The notes beneath the pieces are model-generated. The model had not been told where the DNA came from. It saw nothing but the letters and a program-made list of their open reading frames with translations, and did no database searches. Source: Polynucleobacter meluiroseus (GTDB lineage: Bacteria > Pseudomonadota > Gammaproteobacteria > Burkholderiales > Burkholderiaceae). From it: a stretch of 64,000 nucleotides of DNA. The stretch covers positions 121,577 through 185,576 of the forward strand of contig CALRYF010000003.1 in assembly GCA_943372325.1 (NCBI GenBank). The letters run 5' to 3'. Shown piece by piece: positions 8,680-17,711 of the stretch (positions are counted from its first letter, which is position 1; the number at the start of each line of letters is the position of its first letter). The position numbers and the translations under genes were made by a program.

Positions 8680-8787
8680 AAACGGATCTCTTCTAAACCT
8701 TCAAACAAGCGTGCCAAACAGATAAAGAGGCAACCATATTATTAGCCGAGGCTTCCATTGCTAAAAATAAAGTGTTTCTGCAAAAAT

Positions 8788-8808
8788 AAAGGGGCTAATA
8801 GCCCCTTT
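8788..8808 (-). terminator. terminator hairpin downstream of the lipoprotein gene
   Basis: AAAGGGGCT-AAT-AGCCCCTTT is a perfect 9-bp stem flanked by A/T runs, lying 3' of the stop of the gene ending at 8836. Confidence 0.7.
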
Positions 8809-8835
8809 ATTGATTCTGAACCTAACAATACTGGC

Positions 8836-9384
8836 TTAGTTAAAACCGTTCACCGCTTGCATGTATCCTTGGATGTACTGCGGTGGCACAAACAGTTCCG
8901 TCTTGATTCCAGACTTAGAAGAAACAGTCATGATGAAACCCTTCTTCATTCTGTCTTTAAGAAAAGCTTCAGTCAATTGCACTGAAAGCACTTCTCTAAA
9001 GATGCAGCCTCTATCGCCACATGCACCAGCTTCTCTACCAACTACTTTAAATGTAGTGGCAGGCGCACCTTCTTGCGAGGCTGACTCGTAGTAACGCCAT
9101 TGTGAAAAATAAGTCAGCTGCGCAACCAGTTCATAAGTCTTTGCACCTTGTTTAGGCTGCTCAGTCCTGAGACTAAACATTTGATAAGTATTGTTTTCAT
9201 CCATCGAATTAATCGGAGGACCTTGATAGGTTTTTCCACCTGTTGCTGAATTCGGCGTAATGATGGTTGAGTGATAGACATCATTAATTTCCCAGCCACT
9301 AATTTTTCGGTCATTCATATTGCAGGCAGCTAGACTTGCGCTGATTGCCAGCAATAAAATAATGCGAGAGATGGTGCGTTGCAT
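8836..9384 (-). CDS. lipoprotein of unknown function
   Basis: It has a signal peptide with a lipobox (LAISASLAAC). No other motif was recognised. Confidence 0.6.
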   Translation of the reverse strand: MQRTISRIILLLAISASLAACNMNDRKISGWEINDVYHSTIITPNSATGGKTYQGPPINSMDENNTYQMFSLRTEQPKQGAKTYELVAQLTYFSQWRYYESASQEGAPATTFKVVGREAGACGDRGCIFREVLSVQLTEAFLKDRMKKGFIMTVSSKSGIKTELFVPPQYIQGYMQAVNGFN

Positions 9385-9447
9385 GTAAAGCTCCTTAAGA
9401 TCACCAAATCATACTATCCCTTGGGTTAGGAGTTCTAAATTAGGAGC

Positions 9448-10272
9448 TTAGACGTATTTTCCGGTCAGGCCGCCATCAACTACCAGTTCAGTGCCCGTGA
9501 TATAGGAGGCCGCATCGGATACCAGGAAGGCGCAAGCATGGGCTACTTCCCATGCTGTCCCAGACCTGCCTAGTGGGACTTGCTTATCCCGTGCTGCACG
9601 AGCCTCATCAAGGCCATTTGCAGAGAACATCTTGGCAACCGTATTGGCAATACGAGGCGTATCAATCAGACCAGGCACTACTGTATTAGCCCGAATTCCT
9701 TGACCGGCATATTGCTGGGCAATCATCCGAATAAATTGAGTATTAGCTGCCTTCGTGACGCTGTAGGCCAGGTGAGGGTAGCCAAGATAGCGCATTCCCG
9801 CAACCGATGAGATCGCAATAATATTGCCCGTGCCCCGAGATACCATTTCCGGGAGGACCTCTTGGGCTGCTAACAATAAGCTACGTACATTCACTTTATG
9901 TATGCGATCCAAGTCATCTGCGCTGGTTTCCATGGGGCCGCCAACTTTACCAATACCGACATTGTGATGCAGTACATCAATGGGGCCATACACCTTACGA
10001 GCCTCATTAAAGAGCCGCTTGACATCCTCTTCTTCAGAAACATCGCCAACAAAAGTATGTGCAATACCGCCTTCATCCAAAATAATCTGGGTGGTTTCTT
10101 GTGCAGAGGCTTGATCTCGATCGACTACGCAGACCTTTGCGCCTAAGCGTGCGTAAGTTACGCAAGAGGCTCTACCAATACTCCAGCCAGGACCAGCTGA
10201 GCCGCCACCAGAAACAAAGATCACGCGATCAGCGAGATCTATTGGTAAACCAGAGGGATGCTTGTTATTCAT
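9448..10272 (-). CDS. short-chain dehydrogenase/reductase (SDR)
   Basis: It has a glycine-rich N-terminus (VSGGGSAGPGWSIG), the YSVTK catalytic Y-x3-K motif and a typical SDR C-terminus (ASYITGTELVVDGG). Confidence 0.85.
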   Translation of the reverse strand: MNNKHPSGLPIDLADRVIFVSGGGSAGPGWSIGRASCVTYARLGAKVCVVDRDQASAQETTQIILDEGGIAHTFVGDVSEEEDVKRLFNEARKVYGPIDVLHHNVGIGKVGGPMETSADDLDRIHKVNVRSLLLAAQEVLPEMVSRGTGNIIAISSVAGMRYLGYPHLAYSVTKAANTQFIRMIAQQYAGQGIRANTVVPGLIDTPRIANTVAKMFSANGLDEARAARDKQVPLGRSGTAWEVAHACAFLVSDAASYITGTELVVDGGLTGKYV

Positions 10273-10284
10273 TTACTGACTAAT

Positions 10285-11028
10285 TTATTGACTCAGGCCA
10301 ACAGTCATGCCGCCACAGACATAGACTACTTGACCGGTAGTAAAGCCAGCACGCTTATCTAGAAGTGAAGCAACGATATGGGCAACTTCCTCTGGTTGGC
10401 CAATACGACCCAAAGGCACGCTATCTAAGATGCGTTGTGTGGCAGGCGCACCTGGAGGATTGGCGCTCTCAAAAAGTTCAGTAGCAATGGGGCCCGGTCC
10501 AATCGCGTTGACTGTGATGCCATCGGCAGCGAGCTCTAAAGCTAATGTGCGTGTGAGGCCCAATAAGCCCGCTTTAGAAGTGGCGTATGCAATACGCTCC
10601 TCTTTACCTAAGGCAGCGCGACTAGCGATATTCACAATACGACCAAAATGCGCGGCTTTCATTGTCGGGAGGAGGGCTTGTACGCAAATGATGGCTGCAG
10701 CCACATTCACATTCATTACTGCCTGAAAATCCTCAATAGTCGTTTTTTCAATCGGGGCAGGACGCACGATCCCGGCGTTATTAACTAAGCGAGTAATGGT
10801 GTAGGTTGCTGTCACCTCGGCAAGTGCAGCACGCAATAATTTTTCATCAGAAACATCAACTTCATAAAAGCTTTCATGAGTAGAGATTTCTGCGGGTTCT
10901 GTTTTGTCAAAATTAATGACATGCATGCCATCTATAACGAGACGTTCAGCGATGGCTCGCCCAATGCCACGACTTGCACCGGTTACCAATACGCATTCTC
11001 TAGTGGATTGAGTCTGTGAACTCATCAT
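10285..11028 (-). CDS. short-chain dehydrogenase/reductase (SDR)
   Basis: It has TGASRGIG, NNAG, YATSKAG and PGPIATE motifs. Confidence 0.88.
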   Translation of the reverse strand: MMSSQTQSTRECVLVTGASRGIGRAIAERLVIDGMHVINFDKTEPAEISTHESFYEVDVSDEKLLRAALAEVTATYTITRLVNNAGIVRPAPIEKTTIEDFQAVMNVNVAAAIICVQALLPTMKAAHFGRIVNIASRAALGKEERIAYATSKAGLLGLTRTLALELAADGITVNAIGPGPIATELFESANPPGAPATQRILDSVPLGRIGQPEEVAHIVASLLDKRAGFTTGQVVYVCGGMTVGLSQ

Positions 11029-11807
11029 TAGCCAATCTTATTAGCGCCATCCACAAAGGGAATGGCATGTTCAACGGTATCCCAAATAAAGCGACCAGAT
11101 GGACTTTGTTGCTCCTCAACAATATGAGCTACTAAGCCAGCTGAGCGAGAGATTACGGCAAAGCCACGCATCACTGCCGTAGGAATGCCGATCTCGCCAA
11201 GGAGGGCAGCTACCGCGCCTGTGGCGTTAATCGTGATGGGGCGTCCTGCTACCTCATCTACCGCCTTAGATAAAGTCTCCAGCGCGCGAATATGATCCCC
11301 TTTAAGTTCTTTCTCAGCACGTCCCATATCTAATAACTTATAGGCACGTGGATCCACTGGCTTGTGTAAGTGATGACCAAAACCAGGAACGGCGCCTTTA
11401 ATGCTCTTATAGTGCTGTGCAATCGACAGGGCTTCTGTATGCGGATCTTTAGCGGCAATAATGCGATCTAGTAGAGCAGAGCAGTTTTCCATTGTGCCAA
11501 TAAAGGAACTGCCGACAGCCAGCAAACCTGCCGAAACTGCACCTTGCAGATTTTCTGGGGCACTCATGTAAATCAGGCGCGTCGCAATTGCGCTGGGTGT
11601 TAAACCATGCTCCATTAAAACAATAAGCACTACATCCGTAATACGAATATCGACACCGCGTGGCTCTCTACCCAGAATCTGCATCAACATCACTTCGGTA
11701 AATGTCTTTTTGCCCATTAAGTCCTCTACCAAATCTGCATCGCGGTAATGCAAGCTAGTTAAGGTATGGGTGCAAAGACTGGTAACAGGTGCTTTTTTGG
11801 TAGTCAT
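11028..11807 (-). CDS. citrate synthase-like / citryl-CoA lyase family protein
   Basis: It has a citrate-synthase-family C-terminal region (GFGHHLHKPVDPRA, GRPITINATGA, ARSAGLVAHIVEE) and is 259 aa long. Confidence 0.6.
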   Translation of the reverse strand: MTTKKAPVTSLCTHTLTSLHYRDADLVEDLMGKKTFTEVMLMQILGREPRGVDIRITDVVLIVLMEHGLTPSAIATRLIYMSAPENLQGAVSAGLLAVGSSFIGTMENCSALLDRIIAAKDPHTEALSIAQHYKSIKGAVPGFGHHLHKPVDPRAYKLLDMGRAEKELKGDHIRALETLSKAVDEVAGRPITINATGAVAALLGEIGIPTAVMRGFAVISRSAGLVAHIVEEQQSPSGRFIWDTVEHAIPFVDGANKIG

Positions 11808-11830
11808 AGTTTATAAATGCCCAATATTAT

Positions 11831-13339
11831 TTAAATAGGTGCTTTAAGTTTTTCAATCACGGCGCTCTTGAGTAACTTGCCAACATTAGAGCGGGGCAAG
11901 CTCTCGTAAAAATGAACCTGTTTGGGAGTTTGTACGGGTCCTAGCAAATTACGTACAAAAGCAATCAACTCTGCTGCATCTGTTGTTTTACCCGGGTGCA
12001 ATTGCACTGCAGCTTGTACAGTTTCGCCCCATTTTTCATCGGGAAGGCCAAAGACGAGACATTCATGAACGGCAGGGTGTTGACTTAAGGCATTTTCTAC
12101 ATCAACTGGATACACATTAAAGCCGCCCGTAATAACAATATCCTTTAAGCGATCTTTGAGATACAAAAAACCGCGTTCATCAATCAAACCCCGATCACCC
12201 GTATGAAGCCAGCCATCAATAATGGTCTCGGCTGTCTTTTCTGGCATGCGCCAATAGCCATTCATCATCAGGTCACCGCGCGCTACGACCTCGCCAATTT
12301 CACCGGTGGGCAAAAGTTTTCCTTCTGGGGACATGATGGCGACATCACTAAACCAAGTCGGTCTGCCAACCGCAGCCCAGTTATTGGAATCCTCAAAATC
12401 TTCTGGCCGCATCACGGTCAAAATTTGTGGCGCTTCAGTTTGGCCGTAGGTAGTTCCAAGTACTGGACCAAAAAAATCACGCACCTTGCGAACTTGTTCT
12501 GGAGGCATAGGAGCACCCCCATAAATCAGTCGACGTAGCTTTGGAAAATCATCTCTAGATGCATTCGGTAGAGTCATCAACATATAAACAAGAGTTGGCG
12601 GCATGAAGCACACAGTACCGCGACGATCTCGAAATGCTGCTCTAACTACCTCAGCCCCAGCGCCATCCAAAATCACATGACAGCCGCCTTGCGCCAATAT
12701 GGGAACAATGTAAGTGGATGTGCCATGAGTAATGGGTGCCGCGACTACGTAGCGCTCATGCTCATCAAAACCCCACACCTGAATTTGATTCGCGATGTTT
12801 GCCATCCAAGCTCGGTAGGGTTGCATTACCCCTTTAGGAGCACCTGTGGTGCCACCAGTAAACTTAATTGCCTGAATGGCGTCTAGAGGCAATTCAAAAG
12901 AAGGTTGTGGCGCATCGTCATGCAATTGAATGACATCAGTCATACTATGAGCGGACGAATCAGAATCATTACCTGTATATATCCAAGCCCCTGCTGCACC
13001 TTTAAGCAAAGCTTGATTGCTAGCATCCAGAATCACAATCGAAGGCTCGGTAACGTTAATGATGCGCTGAATTTCTGGATGAGTACTTTTGGGATTGAGG
13101 GGCACCCACACTTTGCCGCAAGCTAATATAGCCAGCAATGCGGTAATGTGATCAGCGCTATTACCAGCACAAATAGCAACACGACTTTGCAGGCTCGGAT
13201 CAAGCGCAGTGAGCCCGGCAGCTAGCGCCTTAACGCGATGGGCTAGGGTGGCGTAATGAATGGGGCCGCTAGGCGTATCGATCGCAATGCGATCAGGCCA
13301 ACGCTGCGCAGCTCTCCAGAAAAAGTCAATGGGGTACAT
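11831..13339 (-). CDS. AMP-dependent acyl-CoA synthetase/ligase
   Basis: It has the AMP-binding motifs FTGGTTGAPKG, YGQTE, GWLHTGDRG and a C-terminal PRSNVGK. Confidence 0.9.
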   Translation of the reverse strand: MYPIDFFWRAAQRWPDRIAIDTPSGPIHYATLAHRVKALAAGLTALDPSLQSRVAICAGNSADHITALLAILACGKVWVPLNPKSTHPEIQRIINVTEPSIVILDASNQALLKGAAGAWIYTGNDSDSSAHSMTDVIQLHDDAPQPSFELPLDAIQAIKFTGGTTGAPKGVMQPYRAWMANIANQIQVWGFDEHERYVVAAPITHGTSTYIVPILAQGGCHVILDGAGAEVVRAAFRDRRGTVCFMPPTLVYMLMTLPNASRDDFPKLRRLIYGGAPMPPEQVRKVRDFFGPVLGTTYGQTEAPQILTVMRPEDFEDSNNWAAVGRPTWFSDVAIMSPEGKLLPTGEIGEVVARGDLMMNGYWRMPEKTAETIIDGWLHTGDRGLIDERGFLYLKDRLKDIVITGGFNVYPVDVENALSQHPAVHECLVFGLPDEKWGETVQAAVQLHPGKTTDAAELIAFVRNLLGPVQTPKQVHFYESLPRSNVGKLLKSAVIEKLKAPI

Positions 13340-13389
13340 ATGTTAATAAGTTGAGAGTTAAGCCGATTGGCTAAAGCCGGTAGTTGCGT

Positions 13390-14382
13390 TTACTCTGCTT
13401 TAGCTCCGGACTCTTTCACCACTTCACGCCAGCGCTTCACTTCTGATAATTCAAATGCAGCCATTTTTTCTGGTGTGCCAGGTTCTGGTGTAGCAGCCAA
13501 TTCTTGCATACGTTGACGTACCTCTGGAGCATTAAGTGCTTTGTTTAGGGCGGAATTTAACTGTGCAATGATTGGTTTAGGTGTTCCCGCAGGGGCAACC
13601 AGTGCAAACCAAGATTGCACATCAAAGCCGGGGTAGCCCGACTCAGCAATTGTAGGAACATCGGGTAAGAATGGTGAGCGTTGCGCGCTGGTGACAGCAA
13701 GCGCACGCAGTTTGCCAGCTTTTATATGTGGCAATGCGGAAGGAGCGTTATCAAACATCGATTCAACCTGACCTCCAAGTAAGTCAGTTACAGCCGGTGC
13801 ACTGCCTTTATAAGGGATATGCAGCATTTGGATTTTGGCTTGCATCTTAAACATTTCACCGGAAAGATGAATGGATGAGCCGCTTCCGGAAGAAGCAAAT
13901 GTCACACCATCTTTTGAGGCTTTGGCATAACGCACATAGTCAGCAACTGTTTTTACCGGAAGATTGGGATTAACAACCAAAATATTTGGAATCTTGGCAA
14001 TCATACCGATTGGCTCGAAATCTTTAATAGGGTCGTAGCTCAAATTAGGGTAGAGCGTAGCGTTGATTGTGTTGGCAATCGAGAAGGCGTACAGCGTATA
14101 GCCATCTGCAGGAGAGCGAGCAACTAATTCAGCACCTACGTTGCTATTGGCACCAGGTTTGTTTTCAACCAAGATAGATTGACCCAAGGTAGCGCTCATA
14201 TTGACAGAGACTAGACGCGTCAACACATCGGTAGCGCCACCAGCAGAATAGCCAACAATGATTTTAATGGGCTTAGTTGGCCAAGCAGCGGGGGTTTGGG
14301 CCAAAGCGCTCATCGAAGTAGTTGTGATGAGTGCCGCGAATAGGGATAACAAACCCTTTTTAGGTGCGAAATGAAATGACAT
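13390..14382 (-). CDS. Bug-family (TctC-like) tripartite tricarboxylate transporter substrate-binding protein
   Basis: It has a signal peptide, then PIKIIVGYSAGGATD, VENKPGANSN and PDVPTIAESGYPGF, which are typical of Bug proteins. Confidence 0.88.
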   Translation of the reverse strand: MSFHFAPKKGLLSLFAALITTTSMSALAQTPAAWPTKPIKIIVGYSAGGATDVLTRLVSVNMSATLGQSILVENKPGANSNVGAELVARSPADGYTLYAFSIANTINATLYPNLSYDPIKDFEPIGMIAKIPNILVVNPNLPVKTVADYVRYAKASKDGVTFASSGSGSSIHLSGEMFKMQAKIQMLHIPYKGSAPAVTDLLGGQVESMFDNAPSALPHIKAGKLRALAVTSAQRSPFLPDVPTIAESGYPGFDVQSWFALVAPAGTPKPIIAQLNSALNKALNAPEVRQRMQELAATPEPGTPEKMAAFELSEVKRWREVVKESGAKAE

Positions 14383-14562
14383 AGCTCTCCTTTGTGTGTT
14401 GGGGCTTTTCGGACGATCTTATAAGCCCCGTTTTTTTATTTATTCAGTATTTATAACACCAAATTTGCCCAGTCACTTTTACCGTAGCAAAGCCATTTAA
14501 CTGCCTCAAATTAGATTCTTTATTAGGGTATGTCATTAGTTAATTACTATAGTTCACAACTT

Positions 14563-14581
14563 CACAACTTCTGAAGTTGTG
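14563..14581. promoter_or_regulatory. perfect 9-1-9 palindrome (candidate operator)
   Basis: The palindrome is CACAACTTC-T-GAAGTTGTG. It is preceded by a direct half-site copy (CACAACTT at 14555) and followed by a TATATT -10-like box, just upstream of the small HTH gene. Confidence 0.45.
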
Positions 14582-14607
14582 TTATATTGGAGGTTCTGGG
14601 AGATGAA

Positions 14608-14787
14608 ATGAAGAGACAAATACCAAAAACACATCAAGCCTTGGAATGGGTAGGGAAGGGTTTGACTGCAGCTCAAGCAGCCAGAAAGATGCAAATCTCA
14701 GAATCCAGCGTGTATGCCGCCCTCAGAAAGACGAAGGCAAAAGAAGTGGGATGTTGTCCAACCTGTGGTCACAAAATAAGGAACTAA
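14608..14787 (+). CDS. small HTH protein with C-terminal CxxC knuckle (59 aa)
   Basis: The helix-turn-helix-like segment is LTAAQAARKMQISESSVYAALRK, and the tail is CCPTCGHK. A GGGAGA Shine-Dalgarno precedes the ATG at 14608. Confidence 0.55.
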   Translation: MKRQIPKTHQALEWVGKGLTAAQAARKMQISESSVYAALRKTKAKEVGCCPTCGHKIRN

Positions 14788-14788
14788 G

Positions 14789-15088
14789 ATGAAAAAGACT
14801 CTATTAGCAGCCGTATCCATCTCCGTCGCTGCATTTGCATATGCAAATACCAAGCCGTCAGATTCTTCTGAGTTGGTTAATCAGCAATGCAAGATTTCTG
14901 CTGAAGCGGTGTCTACGTTGAAGGGCTTGCGTTATGGCAACACTTCAATTCGCAAGGATGTATCTACATTAATCAATGCCAGCCTGAAGACCCCAGAAAA
15001 TCGGGATCTCGCACAAAAGACTTTGAATTTGATGGTGGACGATAAAACGAGTGATGTTAGAAGCTTAGAAGGCAAGTACTGCTCTTAA
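14789..15088 (+). CDS. small secreted protein (99 aa), unknown function
   Basis: It has a signal peptide (MKKTLLAAVSISVAAFAYA) and two Cys. It starts 1 nt after the preceding stop. Confidence 0.55.
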   Translation: MKKTLLAAVSISVAAFAYANTKPSDSSELVNQQCKISAEAVSTLKGLRYGNTSIRKDVSTLINASLKTPENRDLAQKTLNLMVDDKTSDVRSLEGKYCS

Positions 15089-15111
15089 GGAGTTCAGTTC
15101 GCTTGAATTAG

Positions 15112-15564
15112 TTGACAAATCACGCGCAATGTCCTGACTGTGGGAATATGCGGGCATTGTTTAATCAGTGTCCGCATTGTGGTTCTGACAGTTTGCCGAT
15201 ATTGAGTTCAGATACGATTGAGCTCAATATTAAGCAAGATGGACCATATGTCGAAGAGGCCTTAGAGCGCCTCACAGACTATTTGCGTAAATCGCTAGAG
15301 GTCGGAATCAAAGCGATTGTATTAATTCACGGCTATGGATCTAGCGGTGCGGGTGGGCGCATTAAATGGGCAATCCATGATGCATTAGAAAGCAATCGCT
15401 ATTCTGACAGGGTAGATGAGTACCATTTTGGTGAAAATGTCCCCTTTGGTAGCCATGCCTATCACGCCATACTAAAGCGGCGCCCTGGTCTCAAGCCTTA
15501 CCTTAAGCGCTTTAAGGAGGGCAACGCTGGGATGACAGTTTTATTACTGAAGTCTGCACTATGA
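15112..15564 (+). CDS. zinc-ribbon + Smr domain protein
   Basis: The N-terminus is CPDCG-x10-CPHCG, and an Smr-like core follows (LNIKQDGPYVEEALERL...VLIHGYGSSGAGG). It uses a TTG start. Confidence 0.65.
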   Translation: MTNHAQCPDCGNMRALFNQCPHCGSDSLPILSSDTIELNIKQDGPYVEEALERLTDYLRKSLEVGIKAIVLIHGYGSSGAGGRIKWAIHDALESNRYSDRVDEYHFGENVPFGSHAYHAILKRRPGLKPYLKRFKEGNAGMTVLLLKSAL

Positions 15565-15632
15565 AGTGCTTAGAATAGAGTTATCCCTGTAATTAATCCC
15601 TGCAGTACATCCAACCTTAAGGAATCATCGCT

Positions 15633-15974
15633 ATGACAGCTAAGAAACTAGATCACCCCGTAGCTCATGAAGAGAAGTTGACTGGCGCAGATCAGTTAAT
15701 TGGAGAATTCAAAACCTTGATGGCAGATGCTGAGGCTTTAATTAAGGCAACTGAAGATCACCCGGGCGAGACAATAAGCTCTATTCGCAACAAAGCCCTA
15801 GAAACATTAGCTGGTGCAAAAGAAAGCATTTCTGGTATTGAGGGCAAGATGCTTGATAAAGCAAAAGTAGCAGCTGAAGGTGCGGATGATTTTGTCCATC
15901 GCAATCCCTGGGAAGCGGTGGGAGTAGCGGCCGGTTTAGGTTTGCTGATTGGTTTATTTATTGGACGTCGTTAA
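15633..15974 (+). CDS. ElaB/YqjD/DUF883 family membrane-anchored protein
   Basis: A helical N-terminal part is followed by the characteristic tail HRNPWEAVGVAAGLGLLIGLFIGRR. Confidence 0.8.
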   Translation: MTAKKLDHPVAHEEKLTGADQLIGEFKTLMADAEALIKATEDHPGETISSIRNKALETLAGAKESISGIEGKMLDKAKVAAEGADDFVHRNPWEAVGVAAGLGLLIGLFIGRR

Positions 15975-15980
15975 TTCCTT

Positions 15981-16349
15981 ATGTCTCAAGAAAACTTACT
16001 ATCTTCCATAAAAGGCCTGGCATCAACAGGGGCGTCAATCGCTCAAACGCGCTTAGAGCTTTTATCAGTGGATGTACAAATCGCTAGAAGTAAATTCATT
16101 AGCTTGCTAGTGATGATTGTTAGCGCCTTATTCTTTTTATTTTTCGGTTTAGTCATGTTGGCACTATTAATTGTGATCTATAGTTGGGAGACCGACCGAA
16201 TGATGGCCTTGAGCTTGCTGACTGGCGCCTTCTTATCGGTTGGCGTGATTCTAGCGGTTCTGATTACCCAGTCCCTGCGCACGATGCCTAAATTATTCGA
16301 GGCTTCCATTGCTGAATTAGCAAAAGATCGCGAAGCGCTAACAAAATGA
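15981..16349 (+). CDS. YqjE-like (phage-holin-family/DUF1469) membrane protein
   Basis: It has two TM helices and sits directly after the ElaB-like gene, as in yqjD-yqjE-yqjK. Confidence 0.6.
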   Translation: MSQENLLSSIKGLASTGASIAQTRLELLSVDVQIARSKFISLLVMIVSALFFLFFGLVMLALLIVIYSWETDRMMALSLLTGAFLSVGVILAVLITQSLRTMPKLFEASIAELAKDREALTK

Positions 16350-16627
16350 ATGCTGAGTTAAAAGCATTAGAGGCACGCCAGCATGAGTTAAAGCTGCGGG
16401 CGGATCGGGAGCGAAAGGCCTTTGCAGAACATTTTGAAGCTTGGGAAAAGCCACTCTCCTGGGCGGATAAAGGCATCGATGCGGTGAGCTTTTTGAAAAA
16501 CAACCCATTTCTATGGACTAGTGCCTTTGCTGCTTTAGCCCATTACAAACCTAAGTTAGCAAGCAAGGTTCTTGCCGTCGGGTGGGGCGCTATGAAAATA
16601 GTCAAGAGCGCTCAAAAACTGCTCTAG
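16346..16627 (+). CDS. YqjK-like protein
   Basis: It overlaps the previous gene by 4 nt and has a charged helical N-terminus and a hydrophobic C-terminal part. The call rests on position only. Confidence 0.45.
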   Translation: MNAELKALEARQHELKLRADRERKAFAEHFEAWEKPLSWADKGIDAVSFLKNNPFLWTSAFAALAHYKPKLASKVLAVGWGAMKIVKSAQKLL

Positions 16628-17142
16628 CTTTTCAATACTGATTGATGGGTAATGCTATGCCGATTTAATAGTTCACTACCATTTAAAAAGCTAATTTCCA
16701 ATAAGGTAATTGCGCCTGCAACTTCAAAGCCAGCACTGCGTATTAATCTATTTGCTGCAACCAGGGTGCCACCAGTTGCCAGTACATCATCTAGTAGTAA
16801 AACCCTGGCATCTTTTGGGAGCGTCGTTTGCTGAATCTCTAGAGAGTCACTGCCATATTCCAGACCATATGTTTCACGGTGGCTAGCCAAGGGCAGCTTA
16901 TTGGGCTTTCTAGCTAAAGCTAGGCCCTTGTGCGCATGGTGGGCTAAAGCGGATCCAAAGATGAAACCTCGTGATTCAATTCCCAATATGTGGGTGTATT
17001 CAAACTGTTGAGCAAGGACATCCAACTGTCGAATAGCCTCTTTAAAAGCAGCCGGATCGGCAAGCAGCGGGGAGATATCCCTAAAAAGCACACCCGGTTT
17101 TGGAAAATCAGGAATTCCGGGTAGATAATCTAATAAATTCAT
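16624..17142 (-). CDS. apt: adenine phosphoribosyltransferase
   Basis: It has FPKPGVLFRDISPLL, the PRPP loop LLLDDVLATGGT, and is 172 aa long. Confidence 0.95.
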   Translation of the reverse strand: MNLLDYLPGIPDFPKPGVLFRDISPLLADPAAFKEAIRQLDVLAQQFEYTHILGIESRGFIFGSALAHHAHKGLALARKPNKLPLASHRETYGLEYGSDSLEIQQTTLPKDARVLLLDDVLATGGTLVAANRLIRSAGFEVAGAITLLEISFLNGSELLNRHSITHQSVLKS

Positions 17143-17153
17143 TGCTAACCAAT

Positions 17154-17711
17154 ATGAAAACTGAACTCCTCATTATTACCGCATTAGAGTCCGAGCTCAA
17201 GCGCGCACTATTACCAAGCAGCGTGGAGATTGTGTACTCAGGCATTGGCAAAATCAATGCAACCATGACGAGCATTAAAGCCATTCATCAATTCTCACCA
17301 AGGCGAATAGTAAATTTTGGTACGGCTGGAAAAATCAAACCTGAATTACATGGCCTGCTAGAAATCGGCAAAGTCATTCAGCGTGATATGGACGCTGAGC
17401 CATTGGCACCTCGTGGTAGCACCCCATTTTGTAAACGCCCCCAGGAGTATCTATCTACTGGACAATTTTTATGTGGTTCTGGTGATAGCTTTGTGACTGC
17501 TCCTGATCCTTGGTTACATAGTCAAGGTGTGGATGTAGTGGACATGGAGTTATATGCGATTGCTGCGATTGCACATGAGCATCAAATACCTTGGCAGGCA
17601 TTTAAATATATTACTGACGAAGCTAATGCGGACTCGGGCAAGGACTGGGCCGAGAGAGTACATTATGGTCAGGAACTGTTTCTAGAAAAGTTACAGCAAA
17701 TCATTGATTGA
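17154..17711 (+). CDS. PNP_UDP_1 family nucleosidase (MTA/SAH-nucleosidase-like)
   Basis: It has GIGKINA, FGTAG and VDMELYAIA motifs. The ATG at 17154 avoids the overlap with apt created by the ORF-track start at 17100. Confidence 0.7.
   Translation: MKTELLIITALESELKRALLPSSVEIVYSGIGKINATMTSIKAIHQFSPRRIVNFGTAGKIKPELHGLLEIGKVIQRDMDAEPLAPRGSTPFCKRPQEYLSTGQFLCGSGDSFVTAPDPWLHSQGVDVVDMELYAIAAIAHEHQIPWQAFKYITDEANADSGKDWAERVHYGQELFLEKLQQIID

Noticed and set aside
8758-9091. Plus-strand ORFs 8758-8985 and 8861-9091, downstream of peptide B.
   Set aside because: They run antisense through the lipoprotein gene and across its terminator hairpin. The first needs a TTG start with no Shine-Dalgarno sequence.
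14401-14437. A GGGGCTT...AAGCCCC hairpin followed by a T-run, read on the plus strand as a terminator.
   Set aside because: No plus-strand gene lies upstream, because everything from 9448 to 14382 is on the minus strand. It may be an orphan or antisense-blocking terminator, or a 5'-UTR structure of the Bug gene. There is too little evidence to call it.
17100-17153. The ORF-track start of the nucleosidase-like gene, which overlaps the apt start on the opposite strand.
   Set aside because: The first 18 residues look non-native. The ATG at 17154 (MKTELLIITA...) fits the family N-terminus and removes the overlap.
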